From assembly GCA_963611035.1 (NCBI GenBank), contig CAVDQU010000001.1, forward strand, positions 8,425-72,424: 64,000 nt of DNA. The letters are read 5' to 3'. This DNA comes from Agathobaculum sp. (GTDB lineage Bacteria; Bacillota; Clostridia; Lachnospirales; Lachnospiraceae). Of the stretch, positions 47,168-57,682 are shown piece by piece. A model generated the notes under the pieces. It saw only the letters and a program-made list of their open reading frames with translations, did no database searches and was not told where the DNA came from. Position 1 is the first letter of the stretch, and each line of letters starts with the position of its first letter. The position numbers and the translations under genes were made by a program.

Positions 47168-48724
47168 ATGAAAATTTTTACTATAAAATTAATCCTCTCT
47201 CGTTCCAATCCACAGAAGATCCGTGAGCTGCAGATAGAAGAAGACCGGACGATCGCTGAACTCCAGCAAGCAGCTGCAATTGTTTTTCTGGAGCATCCCG
47301 GTGAATGCAAGAGCATGACATTCCGGACAGATGAACACTCTGTATCTCCCAGTCTTGCGTTAAAAGATGTATTAGTTATCGGTTCTTTTGCACAGATAGA
47401 CCTGGGTCTAAGGAATGATCCTCCCTGCAATCTTTTGCTGGAGGTTCTGGAATCCGGTGATGTTTCTGATTTTTACGTTCCCCACATTACCCGATTCCGG
47501 CCTGACTTAGATCCCTCTTCAGCGACCGGTTACTTTCTCGAAGATGCCGAAAAAAATAATCAGTTACTTCTTGAAAAGATGAACCGCAGTCTGGTCCGCC
47601 TGTTTCGCCCCGGTTCCATTGCTCCGGAATTTTGTAAAACTATCTCTATTCCGTTATCACGCATTCTGGAGTCTCATACGGTTGCCGACTTGAAGCAGTT
47701 TGCTGACCGGTTTCAGCTTGACTATTACAGCGGACAGCGTAAAGCAGATCTTATCCGTACTCTTTGCTGCGATATGAATCAGGACCGTTATTGGACCTCT
47801 CTTCTTTCGTCCCTGACTTATACTGAATATCAGGCTATGAACACACTCTGTGTTACCGGAAATCTGCCTGATCCGTCTGTTGATTTCTGGGATGTATTGC
47901 CGAAACTTAGTGAACGCAGTCTTCTTGCCCATGATTACTCCGGGGTCACCCGGATCGCAAAAGAATTTATGGACTTTTATGAGCGTTGGCTGGAAAATAA
48001 TAACGAACGGGATTTTCTCCTCCATTTATGCTATCGTACGGTACTGACCGCCGCCTGCAAATTGTACGGCTTTGTTGACCGCGAGCTGGCTGAGGAGCTG
48101 TTCCTTCACTGCTATCCTGAGGTCTGCCAGAATGCCAATCTCTCAGAGCTTTGGGATGCCGGAACAGCAGCTTTGACGTTAAACCTGAAAAAATTAAACG
48201 TATCCACCCGCTACAACCTTAAGGATTTTGATCGTTCTGCGGCAGAAGAACTGCGCTCCAATTTTGTCCTGAGAAACCGGCTTCATTATACTCCTGACCG
48301 TTACGTCCTGGAAAAGGTAGCCGTCTATGGATATCAGCTGGATCCGGAAATGGGAAATGAATACCGTCGGCTTTTATTAAAATATCACTGTTCGTCTTAT
48401 CTTATTTCCTATTCTGCTGCAGAGATTGCACACTTGACTTACTTTGCATACTCTCATGATGAGATCCTCCGTTTTTGTGCGGACACATTAAGGCTTAAAA
48501 GCACCAGTCCGGTCATAAAAGCTATTTCTGATTTTTTGACAAAACATAAAAAGGACTTCCGTCTTCTGCCCCTTAGCGGTCTTACAGAAGCAGAATTTGA
48601 TGCCCATAAAAAGCAGCCGCCGAAGAAGGTTGCAGCTGTTGCCAAAAAACGTATTTATCCAAATGATCCCTGTCCGTGCGGATCCGGAAAAAAATACAAA
48701 GTATGCTGTGGGAGGAAATCATGA
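47168..48724 (+). CDS. SEC-C motif protein with pRiA4b ORF3-like N-terminus and HeH/SAP-like motif
   Basis: C-terminal PNDPCPCGSGKKYKVCC; TVADLKQFA...SGQRKADLI; AAGGAG RBS. Confidence 0.75.
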   Translation: MKIFTIKLILSRSNPQKIRELQIEEDRTIAELQQAAAIVFLEHPGECKSMTFRTDEHSVSPSLALKDVLVIGSFAQIDLGLRNDPPCNLLLEVLESGDVSDFYVPHITRFRPDLDPSSATGYFLEDAEKNNQLLLEKMNRSLVRLFRPGSIAPEFCKTISIPLSRILESHTVADLKQFADRFQLDYYSGQRKADLIRTLCCDMNQDRYWTSLLSSLTYTEYQAMNTLCVTGNLPDPSVDFWDVLPKLSERSLLAHDYSGVTRIAKEFMDFYERWLENNNERDFLLHLCYRTVLTAACKLYGFVDRELAEELFLHCYPEVCQNANLSELWDAGTAALTLNLKKLNVSTRYNLKDFDRSAAEELRSNFVLRNRLHYTPDRYVLEKVAVYGYQLDPEMGNEYRRLLLKYHCSSYLISYSAAEIAHLTYFAYSHDEILRFCADTLRLKSTSPVIKAISDFLTKHKKDFRLLPLSGLTEAEFDAHKKQPPKKVAAVAKKRIYPNDPCPCGSGKKYKVCCGRKS

Positions 48725-51700
48725 AACAGACAAACTACCGATATAAACACTTCCTTCGTGATTTTACACAGGAAGAAATACTGGAAGGCTTGGAACTGGC
48801 ATTATCCAGCCCTGAATTTACTGACTGCCAAAAAGCTTCTGCTGATGACCAGCGCCGTAATAATATCCTATATAAAAAAGGAGTCAGCATTAAGATCCTG
48901 CGGTCTGCATCCAAGGATTCTGACGATTCACCTTCCTGTGAGCTGATGCTGGATGAAACCCACGGGGAGTTGATTCAGATGCACTGTCATTGCAGCTTCT
49001 TTCGGCAGAATAAATATGCCTGCAAGCACATTACCGCTCTGCTGTCCTCTTATCTGACAGACACTCAGGGCATATCTGTCTTTCGTGACAGTCCCCTTGC
49101 TGACAAACTAAAGGAGCGAACAGGTCTGTCTGATCCATTTCAGCCCGGTATTCTGAAGCTTACCGATAAACAGCTTTTAACGTTGTTAGACAGCAGGAAA
49201 AATTCTGTATCTTTTCTGCCGTCTTCTTTGGATGCCGGAAATTACTCCGTTGAATGTATATTGCACCCAAACTCCTCCGGGCCAAACCTTGAACTGCGTT
49301 TTGGCAGCCGCAGAAAATATGTTGTAAAAGATATCCCCGATCTGATCCATGCACTGAAATCCCATGCCCCCTACACACTGGGCAAGGATACCGTACAGAT
49401 CGAGATGGCACAACTGGATGCGCCATCCCGTCGGGTGATGAACTTTCTCAGCGGCTTGTACGATGAAGACAGAAAAAATCACTATTCCTCTTTGTTCCTT
49501 TACGTCAATGGTTCCTACCAACGTTATCTTCATCTGTCAGGCAGAAATCTGGATGCGTTCCTGGAGCTTTATGCGGGTATTCCTTTTAATTATGAGAATG
49601 ACTCTGTAGTCTTTCTTCCTGATCTGAATGATCCCGGTATCACGTTGACAAAGCAGAATTTTGGTGCCATTCTTGGTGCACCCGATTCCCGTCGGATCTT
49701 TTCCACTCAGGACTGGATCTATTTTTTGTGTCAAAATCAGATCGGCCGGCTTCATAAAGCAGAAAACGAAACAGCGGAACAATTGCTGGAGATCTTATCA
49801 AATAAACCGGAACTGTATATCCGCCAGTCTGAACTTCCGTCTGTATTCAGCCAGCTTCTTCCGGATCTGGAAAAGCAGACGGTCATACGCTATCAGGGGC
49901 TGTCCCCGGATGATTACCGTCCGGAAATTCCTAAGTTTCAGATTTATCTGGATCTTCCTCAAAGCGATCTGGTCTCCTGTCAGGTTCACTGCATATATGA
50001 GCGTCTGGGACAGGATTTCCTCTTATATGACAACACAGCAACTGACGTGCGCAACCAGGCCGAAGAAAATTCTGTCCGCCAGGCAATAAATGGCTATTTT
50101 GATGCTTACAATGAAACAGACCGGTCTATGTGCCTGCTTTGCAGCAATGACCGCCTGTATCAGTTCTTGCTTTATGATATTCCGGAGCTTTCCAAGCTTG
50201 GAGAGGTATTTATTTCCGATGCATTGAAAAAACTGAAAGTACGCTCTATGCCTACTGTAAATGTCGGCATCCAACTGGATGGTCTTATGCTCCATATGTC
50301 GCTCTCCTCCGGCGATATGGATATGAAAGAGCTGGCAGAACTTTTATCTTCCTACAGCCGGAAGAAAACCTACCATCGACTGAAAAACGGAACTTTTGTT
50401 ACACTTGATCCACAACAGTCGGATGCATGGGAAACGCTCTCTGAGACCTGGCTGCAATATGGCAAAAAACATCCGGAAGATATTTCCATACCTATGTTTC
50501 GCGCTCTTTACCTGGACGAGATGTTAAAAGACCGTGACCGGATCCAGGTCAATGCCAATCGGCGCTACCGCCAGCTGATCTTAAATATGGATCTGGTCAA
50601 TGATACTGAAATTTCAGTACCGGCATCACTGGCATCTTTGCTCCGTCCGTATCAGGCCAACGGTTATCGATGGATCCGGACTTTAAAACAATGCGGCTTT
50701 GGCGGAATACTTGCAGATGATATGGGACTTGGAAAAACGCTGCAGGCACTGACCTTCCTGCTTTCAGAAAAGGAAGCCGGAAAAAACGGTGATGAACTTC
50801 GTACATTGATCATCACACCTGCATCCTTGGTCTATAACTGGGAAAAAGAAATCAAACGTTTTACACCTGACTTAAAATGCAAAGTCATAAGCGGCTCTGC
50901 TGCAGAACGCAAAGAACTTCTTGCACAGGCTGCAGGCACTGACCCGGCACTGGATGCGGATGTCTGGATTACTTCCTATGACCTTTTGAAAAGGGATATT
51001 GCAGGCTATGAAGACCTGACATTCGCCAATCAGATCATAGATGAAGCGCAATATATCAAAAATCATAATACACAGGCATCTAAATCTGTCCGCCTGGTAC
51101 GAAGCGGATTCCGCCTGGCGCTTACCGGAACCCCCATTGAGAATCGCCTGAGCGAATTGTGGAGTATTTTTGATTTTCTCATGCCCGGCTTTCTTCTTGG
51201 CTATCAGGGATTTCGGGAAACCTATGAAGAATCTATTGTACACGGTGAGAATTCTGATGCTTCAGACCGGCTTCGCACTCTGGTGCATCCATTTATCCTT
51301 CGCCGCCTGAAGCGGGATGTACTCCTCGAACTCCCTGACAAGCTGGAAAAATCCATCTCTGTCCGGCTGGTGGGAGAGCAGCGCAAGCTCTACGATGCCT
51401 ACGCACAACGCCTGCGTATGTTCCTTGCCAAACAGTCGCCGGATGAATTCCGCCAGAATAAGCTGGAGCTGCTGCGGGAGTTGACACGTCTGCGCCAGTT
51501 ATGCTGCGGCCCATCCCTTTTCCTTGAAAATTATAAGGGCGAAAACGCCAAGCTGGATACCTGTATGGAGCTGATCAAGCAGGCCATTGACGGCGGTCAC
51601 AAGCTGCTTGTATTCTCTCAGTTTACCAGCGTACTGGATGAGATCGAAGATGCTTTGAAAAAAGAATCCATTCCTGATCTGCGTATTGACGGCAGTGTTT

Positions 51701-52050
51701 CCAAGGAAGAACGCATGCGCAGAGTGGATACCTTTAATCAGTCAGATGTACCTGTTTTCTGTATTTCTTTGAAAGCCGGGGGAACCGGTCTAAACCTGAC
51801 AGCAGCAGATATTGTAATCCATTTCGATCCATGGTGGAATGTTGCCGCACAAAATCAGGCAACTGACCGTGCGCACCGGATTGGGCAGAAAAATACAGTA
51901 ATGGTATATGAACTGATCGCGGAAAACACCATTGAGGAACAGATCCAGAATCTTCAAAAAAGCAAGCAGGATCTGGCTGAGGAGATATTATCCGGTGAAG
52001 GCATCAGCAGTATCCTGATCGACCGGGAAGAGATACTGAAATTATTGTAA
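48721..52050 (+). CDS. SWIM zinc-finger SNF2-family helicase/ATPase
   Basis: CHC...CKH SWIM, LADDMGLGKT, DEAQ, LTGTPIEN, SLKAGGTGLNL, QATDRAHRIGQ; ATGA overlap with the upstream stop. Confidence 0.93.
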   Translation: MKQTNYRYKHFLRDFTQEEILEGLELALSSPEFTDCQKASADDQRRNNILYKKGVSIKILRSASKDSDDSPSCELMLDETHGELIQMHCHCSFFRQNKYACKHITALLSSYLTDTQGISVFRDSPLADKLKERTGLSDPFQPGILKLTDKQLLTLLDSRKNSVSFLPSSLDAGNYSVECILHPNSSGPNLELRFGSRRKYVVKDIPDLIHALKSHAPYTLGKDTVQIEMAQLDAPSRRVMNFLSGLYDEDRKNHYSSLFLYVNGSYQRYLHLSGRNLDAFLELYAGIPFNYENDSVVFLPDLNDPGITLTKQNFGAILGAPDSRRIFSTQDWIYFLCQNQIGRLHKAENETAEQLLEILSNKPELYIRQSELPSVFSQLLPDLEKQTVIRYQGLSPDDYRPEIPKFQIYLDLPQSDLVSCQVHCIYERLGQDFLLYDNTATDVRNQAEENSVRQAINGYFDAYNETDRSMCLLCSNDRLYQFLLYDIPELSKLGEVFISDALKKLKVRSMPTVNVGIQLDGLMLHMSLSSGDMDMKELAELLSSYSRKKTYHRLKNGTFVTLDPQQSDAWETLSETWLQYGKKHPEDISIPMFRALYLDEMLKDRDRIQVNANRRYRQLILNMDLVNDTEISVPASLASLLRPYQANGYRWIRTLKQCGFGGILADDMGLGKTLQALTFLLSEKEAGKNGDELRTLIITPASLVYNWEKEIKRFTPDLKCKVISGSAAERKELLAQAAGTDPALDADVWITSYDLLKRDIAGYEDLTFANQIIDEAQYIKNHNTQASKSVRLVRSGFRLALTGTPIENRLSELWSIFDFLMPGFLLGYQGFRETYEESIVHGENSDASDRLRTLVHPFILRRLKRDVLLELPDKLEKSISVRLVGEQRKLYDAYAQRLRMFLAKQSPDEFRQNKLELLRELTRLRQLCCGPSLFLENYKGENAKLDTCMELIKQAIDGGHKLLVFSQFTSVLDEIEDALKKESIPDLRIDGSVSKEERMRRVDTFNQSDVPVFCISLKAGGTGLNLTAADIVIHFDPWWNVAAQNQATDRAHRIGQKNTVMVYELIAENTIEEQIQNLQKSKQDLAEEILSGEGISSILIDREEILKLL

Positions 52051-52085
52051 ATGCGTAACGATTCCGTACATTCATAGTTACGTGT

Positions 52086-52140
52086 TAAAAAGGACTGTCT
52101 CGTTGGCAGGTATTATCTGCAAACTTGACAGTCCTTTTTA
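52086..52140. terminator. Bidirectional terminator
   Basis: TAAAAAGGACTGTC...GACAGTCCTTTTTA between convergent genes. Confidence 0.8.
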
Positions 52141-52167
52141 CAGTCCTTATCTATTTGTATCTGCTGA

Positions 52168-52842
52168 TCATCCGCTGATTCCTGTAATGCGTTCGTCTGC
52201 TGCCAGTTTTAGCAGCATTGCATTCTTGTCATATAAAGGCGGATATATTACTTCCATTTCCACCTTCGTTCCGTTTTTGCCTTTTCCCACTTTCAGATTG
52301 AATATCTTAATCTTTTCCCGGGCAAAATGTGCCTGGATATCCACGATCACATTGTCATAATCTGTACAGGTCATTTTTAAGAAACCGCGAATTGGTTCCG
52401 CAGTAAGGAAAGAGGTTCTGTGAAGTATTTCCTGGATAACTACTACCAGAATACCGGCACTCACACCGATACCGTATTTTCCGGCTCCTACTGCCATTCC
52501 AACTCCCGCTGTGGTCCAAAGTCCCGCTGCTGTAGTCAGGCCGCTGACTGTATTATTGCGGACAAAGATTACACCTGCACCAAGGAAGCCGACACCGGAT
52601 ACGATCTGTGATGCCACGCGGGATGCATCCACTTTTTCCACATCCGCAAAGCCATACTTGGATACTACCATCATCAGTGCCGCTCCCAATGCTACAATGG
52701 CATGCGTCCTCATACCGGCACTTTTATCACGGTTTTTTCGCTCATAACCGATCATATACCCCAATATACTGGCTACAATCACTCGTAAAAATAACTCCGC
52801 ATCTGACGGGATCCCCATATTTGTGATCATTTCTGCTATCAT
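52168..52842 (-). CDS. MgtC/SapB family protein
   Basis: IGYER...AGMRTH, RVASQIVSGVGFLGAG, GLTTAA; GGAGGGG RBS. Confidence 0.92.
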   Translation of the reverse strand: MIAEMITNMGIPSDAELFLRVIVASILGYMIGYERKNRDKSAGMRTHAIVALGAALMMVVSKYGFADVEKVDASRVASQIVSGVGFLGAGVIFVRNNTVSGLTTAAGLWTTAGVGMAVGAGKYGIGVSAGILVVVIQEILHRTSFLTAEPIRGFLKMTCTDYDNVIVDIQAHFAREKIKIFNLKVGKGKNGTKVEMEVIYPPLYDKNAMLLKLAADERITGISG

Positions 52843-53052
52843 TTTCCCCTCCGTTTCTGGTTGTAAATACCAATTTTTGTAAGATTTTTCGTTAAAGTAT
52901 TGTTTCATTGTAACATAGGACAACTATTTTTTAAAGTAAATCCGCACTGCGATTTTACATGTTCTTTAAACTTAAAAGAATCTTAATTGAATTTTCCTCA
53001 TACAGATGTTACCATCAACATAGAAGCATCTATATCATCTGTTTTGAGACCG

Positions 53053-53071
53053 TTATGAAACGATGTACTAG
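53053..53071. repeat. Orphan end of the 165-bp CTAG foldback element
   Basis: TTATGAAACGATGTACTAG is the exact reverse complement of 16832-16850. Confidence 0.75.
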
Positions 53072-53103
53072 GATATAAAACCATAAAGGAGAATGTTACG
53101 ATC

Positions 53104-53736
53104 ATGAAAAAAAGACATGTATATAATCTTGCAATCCTGCTTGCAGCCGGTACTATTATGATGTCAGCCTGTGGGAAGAAAAACGACGCGCCTGCAGATA
53201 CGTCTACGTCGGTGCAGACCGAAAGCCAGACTGAAACCTCAGCAGAGGAAACCGTTAACCCAACCGAAACACAGGCTTCGGAAGATACAGATAGTTCTAA
53301 GTTTTACATGCTTCAGGGAACTATTACAAAAGCAGAAAAAGACGGCTCAGCATTTACCTTACAGGCCGATGACGGAAAAGAATATACGATCTCTCTTTCT
53401 GACATTACCGATGTGGAAACAGAAATTGAAAAAAATATACAGATTGCCATTGCCTGTATGAAGGACACTTCCGGCGATCCCGAAAAAGCCACTTATATTG
53501 CGGCCTTCCCAGAACAGGAAGAATGGACCATCTCTACGGATGAAGGCATTACCACCAGCAACGCTATGAGCACCTTCATGATCCAGACAACAGACGGCAG
53601 AGAAATCGGATTTATTAAAGATAACTGCCCTTCTGATGAAGATGCTCTCACCAGTGACAGCGGGGATTCTGTGATCGTTACCTATGTTACTTCTGATAAT
53701 GCCAACTTTCCGTTGGAGATACGCAAAGGGAATTAA
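53104..53736 (+). CDS. Lipoprotein with two small beta-barrel repeats
   Basis: Lipobox MSAC, T/E-rich linker, QGTI...FTLQADDG and ...GDSVIVTY repeats. Confidence 0.75.
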   Translation: MKKRHVYNLAILLAAGTIMMSACGKKNDAPADTSTSVQTESQTETSAEETVNPTETQASEDTDSSKFYMLQGTITKAEKDGSAFTLQADDGKEYTISLSDITDVETEIEKNIQIAIACMKDTSGDPEKATYIAAFPEQEEWTISTDEGITTSNAMSTFMIQTTDGREIGFIKDNCPSDEDALTSDSGDSVIVTYVTSDNANFPLEIRKGN

Positions 53737-53764
53737 TAAATGTCAGATATATGATCTTGTGAAC

Positions 53765-54529
53765 TTACAGCAGATTTCCATACCTGCCAAGGAAATTCTT
53801 TGTTCTCTCATTATCGGAAGCAAACACCTTTTCCGGTGTTCCTTCTTCTACGATCACACCATCGGCCATAAAGATAACTCTGTGGGAAATATCTTTTGCA
53901 AAGGCCATTTCGTGAGTAACAATGACCATGGCAATGTGCAGGTCTGCCAGGGATTTAATGACTTTTAACACTTCTCCGGTCAGCTCCGGATCCAGAGCGG
54001 AAGTTGGTTCGTCAAAGAAAAGGATCTTTGGCTTTAATGCAAGGGCTCTTGCGATGGCTACTCGCTGGCACTGACCGCCGGAGAGCTGACACGGATAGGC
54101 TGTTTCTTTATCTTCCAGCCCCATTTTCTTTAAAAGTTCCCTTGCTTCTTTATAGACCTCTTCTTTGTTACGTTTCTGCACCCGAATAGGAGCATCTGCA
54201 ACGTTTTTAAGCACATTAAAATGCGGAAACAGGTTAAAGTTCTGGAACACCAGGCCGTACCTGCTCTGGATCTCTTTTAAGTCTTTTTTGTCCGCGTAGT
54301 TCAGCTTTCCGCTTTCATCGCTCCACACTGCCTTTTTGCCAAGATAAAGGATCTCACCGCTGTCCATAGTTTCTAACATAGTGGCGCACCGCAGCAAGGT
54401 AGATTTTCCGGAACCGGATGGTCCGATGATAGAAACGATCTCGCCGTCTTCCACGCTTAATGATATATCTTTAAGAACGGTCAGGTCATCAAATGACTTT
54501 TCCACATGATTGATCTCTAATAATTTCAT
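53765..54529 (-). CDS. Polar amino acid ABC transporter ATPase
   Basis: [39 protein letters not shown]. Confidence 0.93.
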   Translation of the reverse strand: MKLLEINHVEKSFDDLTVLKDISLSVEDGEIVSIIGPSGSGKSTLLRCATMLETMDSGEILYLGKKAVWSDESGKLNYADKKDLKEIQSRYGLVFQNFNLFPHFNVLKNVADAPIRVQKRNKEEVYKEARELLKKMGLEDKETAYPCQLSGGQCQRVAIARALALKPKILFFDEPTSALDPELTGEVLKVIKSLADLHIAMVIVTHEMAFAKDISHRVIFMADGVIVEEGTPEKVFASDNERTKNFLGRYGNLL

Positions 54530-54570
54530 TGTCCACAATCCTCCTGTATGAAATCACACCCTTATACACA

Positions 54571-55230
54571 CTAACGGTAATAATCCAGTTTCTTCTCCAG
54601 CCATTCAAGGAACATGGCAACGATCAGGTTAAATACATAATAGAAAATGCCTGCTGCAACGAAAGGCATCATGCTTACCTGGGAAGATGCCAGAGCTTTT
54701 GCTGTGGTAAACATTTCCATAACGCTTAATGTAAATGCCAGTGAAGTGTCTTTTACCAGAGTAATCACTTCGTTGGTAACAGAAGGAAGGATGCGCTTGA
54801 TTACCTGCGGGAGGATAATGGTGAGAAATGTCTGCGATTTGCTGTAACCCAACAGTTTTGCTGCTTCATACTGTCCTACCGGCATGGACTGGATGCCGCT
54901 GCGGTAGATCTCTGCAAAATAGGCTGCATAGTTGATCACGAAACCGATGAATACAGCCCAAAGGCGGTAGCTGTTGCTTACACGCATGCCAAACATATAG
55001 TACGGGCCAAAATAAACAACCAGCAGCTGCAGCATCAGCGGTGTGCCTCGCATAATGGAGATATAAACTTTAATGATCGTCTGAAGGATCTTATTTTTTG
55101 ACATACGTCCCAGAGCCACAAAAAGTCCTAAAGGCAGTGAAAAAATAAGGGTCACTGCAAAGATCTGTATACTGGTTCCCATACCTCCTGCAAGCTGCAT
55201 AAGGATCTGCTGGAGTGTCATTTTACCCAT
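54571..55230 (-). CDS. Polar amino acid ABC permease
   Basis: RGTPLMLQL, AYFAEIYRSG, GQYEAA, LVKDTSL. Confidence 0.93.
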   Translation of the reverse strand: MGKMTLQQILMQLAGGMGTSIQIFAVTLIFSLPLGLFVALGRMSKNKILQTIIKVYISIMRGTPLMLQLLVVYFGPYYMFGMRVSNSYRLWAVFIGFVINYAAYFAEIYRSGIQSMPVGQYEAAKLLGYSKSQTFLTIILPQVIKRILPSVTNEVITLVKDTSLAFTLSVMEMFTTAKALASSQVSMMPFVAAGIFYYVFNLIVAMFLEWLEKKLDYYR

Positions 55231-55333
55231 ATCTGTACCTGCTTTCAAAATTGATATATACACGCAACAAGGGGGCACAGTAAACAACTGCACTCCCCTA
55301 AATCTTTCTTACCTGTTTCAAACTTAATGATTA

Positions 55334-56212
55334 TTACTTTCCAATGGTAGTAACGTCTTCACCAAACCACTTTTCAGAGATTTCTTTCATAGTTCCGTCT
55401 TTCGCCATATCTTCCAGTGTTGCCTGAACTTTATCTCTTAACTCGGTGTTGCCTTTCTTGAAACCTACGCCGTACTCTTCTGCAGAAAGAGAGTCATCTA
55501 AGATAGTAAAATCTGCATTTCTCTGCTGGATCTGATAACCTGCTACGATCACATCCATAGCAATAGCATCTACAGCGCCCTGTTCCAGATCCATAAATGC
55601 TGTGTTGTAATCAGCCGTGGTTAAAAGCTGTCCAAAGGTGGAAGTCAGATCCGGATCCTCTTTTAATGCTGCTTCTGCGGAAGAATCTGCCTGGCACTCT
55701 ACTACTTTACCTGCAAGACTGTCTTTTCCCTCAATACCGGAATCATTTCTTACTACAAATACCTGGGTATTTGCCATATAGGGTTCGGTCCAGGTATAAT
55801 CATCTTCACGGCCTGTAATGGTAAATCCGTTCCAGATACAGTCAATGTTTCCAGACTCCAGTTCCATATCCTTTGCATCCCACGCAATTGGCTGTGCTTT
55901 ATATTCCAGGCCAAGACGCTTTGCAACTTCCTGGGCCAGTTCCAGGTCAAAACCGGTGTACTCTCCATTGTCTCCTAAAAAGCCCATCGGAGGAAAATCC
56001 TGATCAAAACCAACGATCAGTGTGCCGCCTTCTGTACCTGCTGCTTCAGCAGTGGTCTCTTCTGCTGATTCAGAAGAAGCTTCCTCTGTAGTTGTCTCTG
56101 TCTCAGATGCTTTTGTTTCAGCTGCTGTGGTAGCGGTGCTGCCTGATGAGCAGGCTGTCATGGATAATGCCATCATGGATGCAATTGCTGCACATAATAC
56201 TCTTTTCTTCAT
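55334..56212 (-). CDS. Polar amino acid ABC substrate-binding lipoprotein
   Basis: Lipobox MTAC, FPPMGF, GFDLELA, WNGFTIT.R, KWFG. Confidence 0.92.
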   Translation of the reverse strand: MKKRVLCAAIASMMALSMTACSSGSTATTAAETKASETETTTEEASSESAEETTAEAAGTEGGTLIVGFDQDFPPMGFLGDNGEYTGFDLELAQEVAKRLGLEYKAQPIAWDAKDMELESGNIDCIWNGFTITGREDDYTWTEPYMANTQVFVVRNDSGIEGKDSLAGKVVECQADSSAEAALKEDPDLTSTFGQLLTTADYNTAFMDLEQGAVDAIAMDVIVAGYQIQQRNADFTILDDSLSAEEYGVGFKKGNTELRDKVQATLEDMAKDGTMKEISEKWFGEDVTTIGK

Positions 56213-56346
56213 AATCATTTTCCTCCTCTTAATAAAACGTCCTCTCGTTTTGACACGCTATCATGGTAGCATACTAAAGTGTTTTTGTAAAGAGGCAATT
56301 TTAAAAAGGCCCGCTCGGCGCCTGACAGCACCGGGCGGACAGAGTA

Positions 56347-57627
56347 CTACAACTTATACACGACATTTCCTTCACAAATAGTATACTTCACTCTTCCGGT
56401 CAGTTCTGCTCCCAAAAACGGACTGTTGGCTGCCTTAGACGCAAATCCATCCACCACCCACTTCTCATTTTCATCAAAGATCACAAGGTCAGCTGCTGCG
56501 CCTTCTTCTAAGCGGCCGCAGTCTAATTTGTAAAGCTTCGCAGGATTTAAGCTCATTTTTTCCATTAAGTGCATCAGGGTCAGATGTCCCGGTTTTACCA
56601 GGCTGGTGATGCCGAGAGCCAGAGAGGTTTCAAGGCCTGTGATGCCGCTTGGTGCCTCTGTCAGCGGCTTTTCTTTTTCTTCTTTGCTGTGAGGAGCATG
56701 GTCTGTGGCGATCATATCAATGGTGCCGTCTTTTAAGCCTTCAATGAGCATCTGGCGGTCCCACTCAGTACGCAGAGGCGGGTTCATCTTTGCCAGAGTG
56801 CCATATTTTAATACCGCATCTTCTGTAAGGGTAAAATGATGAGGTGTTACTTCCGCCCATACATTTGCGCCCATTTTCTTTGCCAGACGTACCATTTCTA
56901 CGGAATGGCCGGAGCTGATATGCTGGATATCGATCCTTGCACCGGTAGCCAGTGCGATCATGCAGTCTCTTGCTACCAGAGAGTCCTCTGCCAGTGCCGG
57001 TGAACCGTAAATTCCCAGCTGGTCAGACACTTTGCCATGGTTGATGCCGTTCTGTTTGATGAAAGTCTTGTCTTCTTCATGGAAACTTAAAACCGTATCC
57101 AGTCTGGCTGCCTCTTCCATTGCCTCTTTTACGAAAGGTCCGTCCATTAACGGAATACCGTCATCTGTAAAACCTGCTGCACCGGCCTTTAACAGGCCTT
57201 CCATATCCGTTCTCTCTTTCCCCTCAAACCCTTTGGAAATCGCTGCACAGCTGAGCACATGGATACCGGTCTTCTTTCCTTCTTCCAGCACATAGCGCAG
57301 TGTCTCTTCATTATCCACGATCGGCTTTGTATTTGCCATGCACACAACGGTGGTAAAACCACCCTTTGCCGCAGCTGCTGCACCAGTATGGATATCTTCT
57401 TTGTAAGTCAGTCCCGGATCACGGAAATGTACATGAACATCCACCAGTCCTGGTGCCACTACAAGGCCTTTAGCGTCGATCACCTGATCTGCAGCTGCTT
57501 CTGCCTCTGCAGGTAATGTTCCTTCTGGATATATTTTTTCGATTTTTCCGTTTTTTACAACAATATCAGCATTCCTTTCGCTCTTTTTTGCCGGGTCAAT
57601 CAACCGTCCATTTTTAATCAGCAACAT
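56347..57627 (-). CDS. pyrC: Dihydroorotase (type I)
   Basis: DVHVHFRDPG, MANT.P, HIS, KMNPPLR, ATDHAPH, SK..NSPF. Confidence 0.95.
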   Translation of the reverse strand: MLLIKNGRLIDPAKKSERNADIVVKNGKIEKIYPEGTLPAEAEAAADQVIDAKGLVVAPGLVDVHVHFRDPGLTYKEDIHTGAAAAAKGGFTTVVCMANTKPIVDNEETLRYVLEEGKKTGIHVLSCAAISKGFEGKERTDMEGLLKAGAAGFTDDGIPLMDGPFVKEAMEEAARLDTVLSFHEEDKTFIKQNGINHGKVSDQLGIYGSPALAEDSLVARDCMIALATGARIDIQHISSGHSVEMVRLAKKMGANVWAEVTPHHFTLTEDAVLKYGTLAKMNPPLRTEWDRQMLIEGLKDGTIDMIATDHAPHSKEEKEKPLTEAPSGITGLETSLALGITSLVKPGHLTLMHLMEKMSLNPAKLYKLDCGRLEEGAAADLVIFDENEKWVVDGFASKAANSPFLGAELTGRVKYTICEGNVVYKL

Positions 57628-57682
57628 ATTTTTCTCCTCTCTTTCTCAAAAATATCGTATTCTTTCTGTCTCAGGTGCATTT

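Noticed and set aside
47168..48724. secA call
   Set aside because: Only the SEC-C zinc motif is shared; no SecA ATPase motifs
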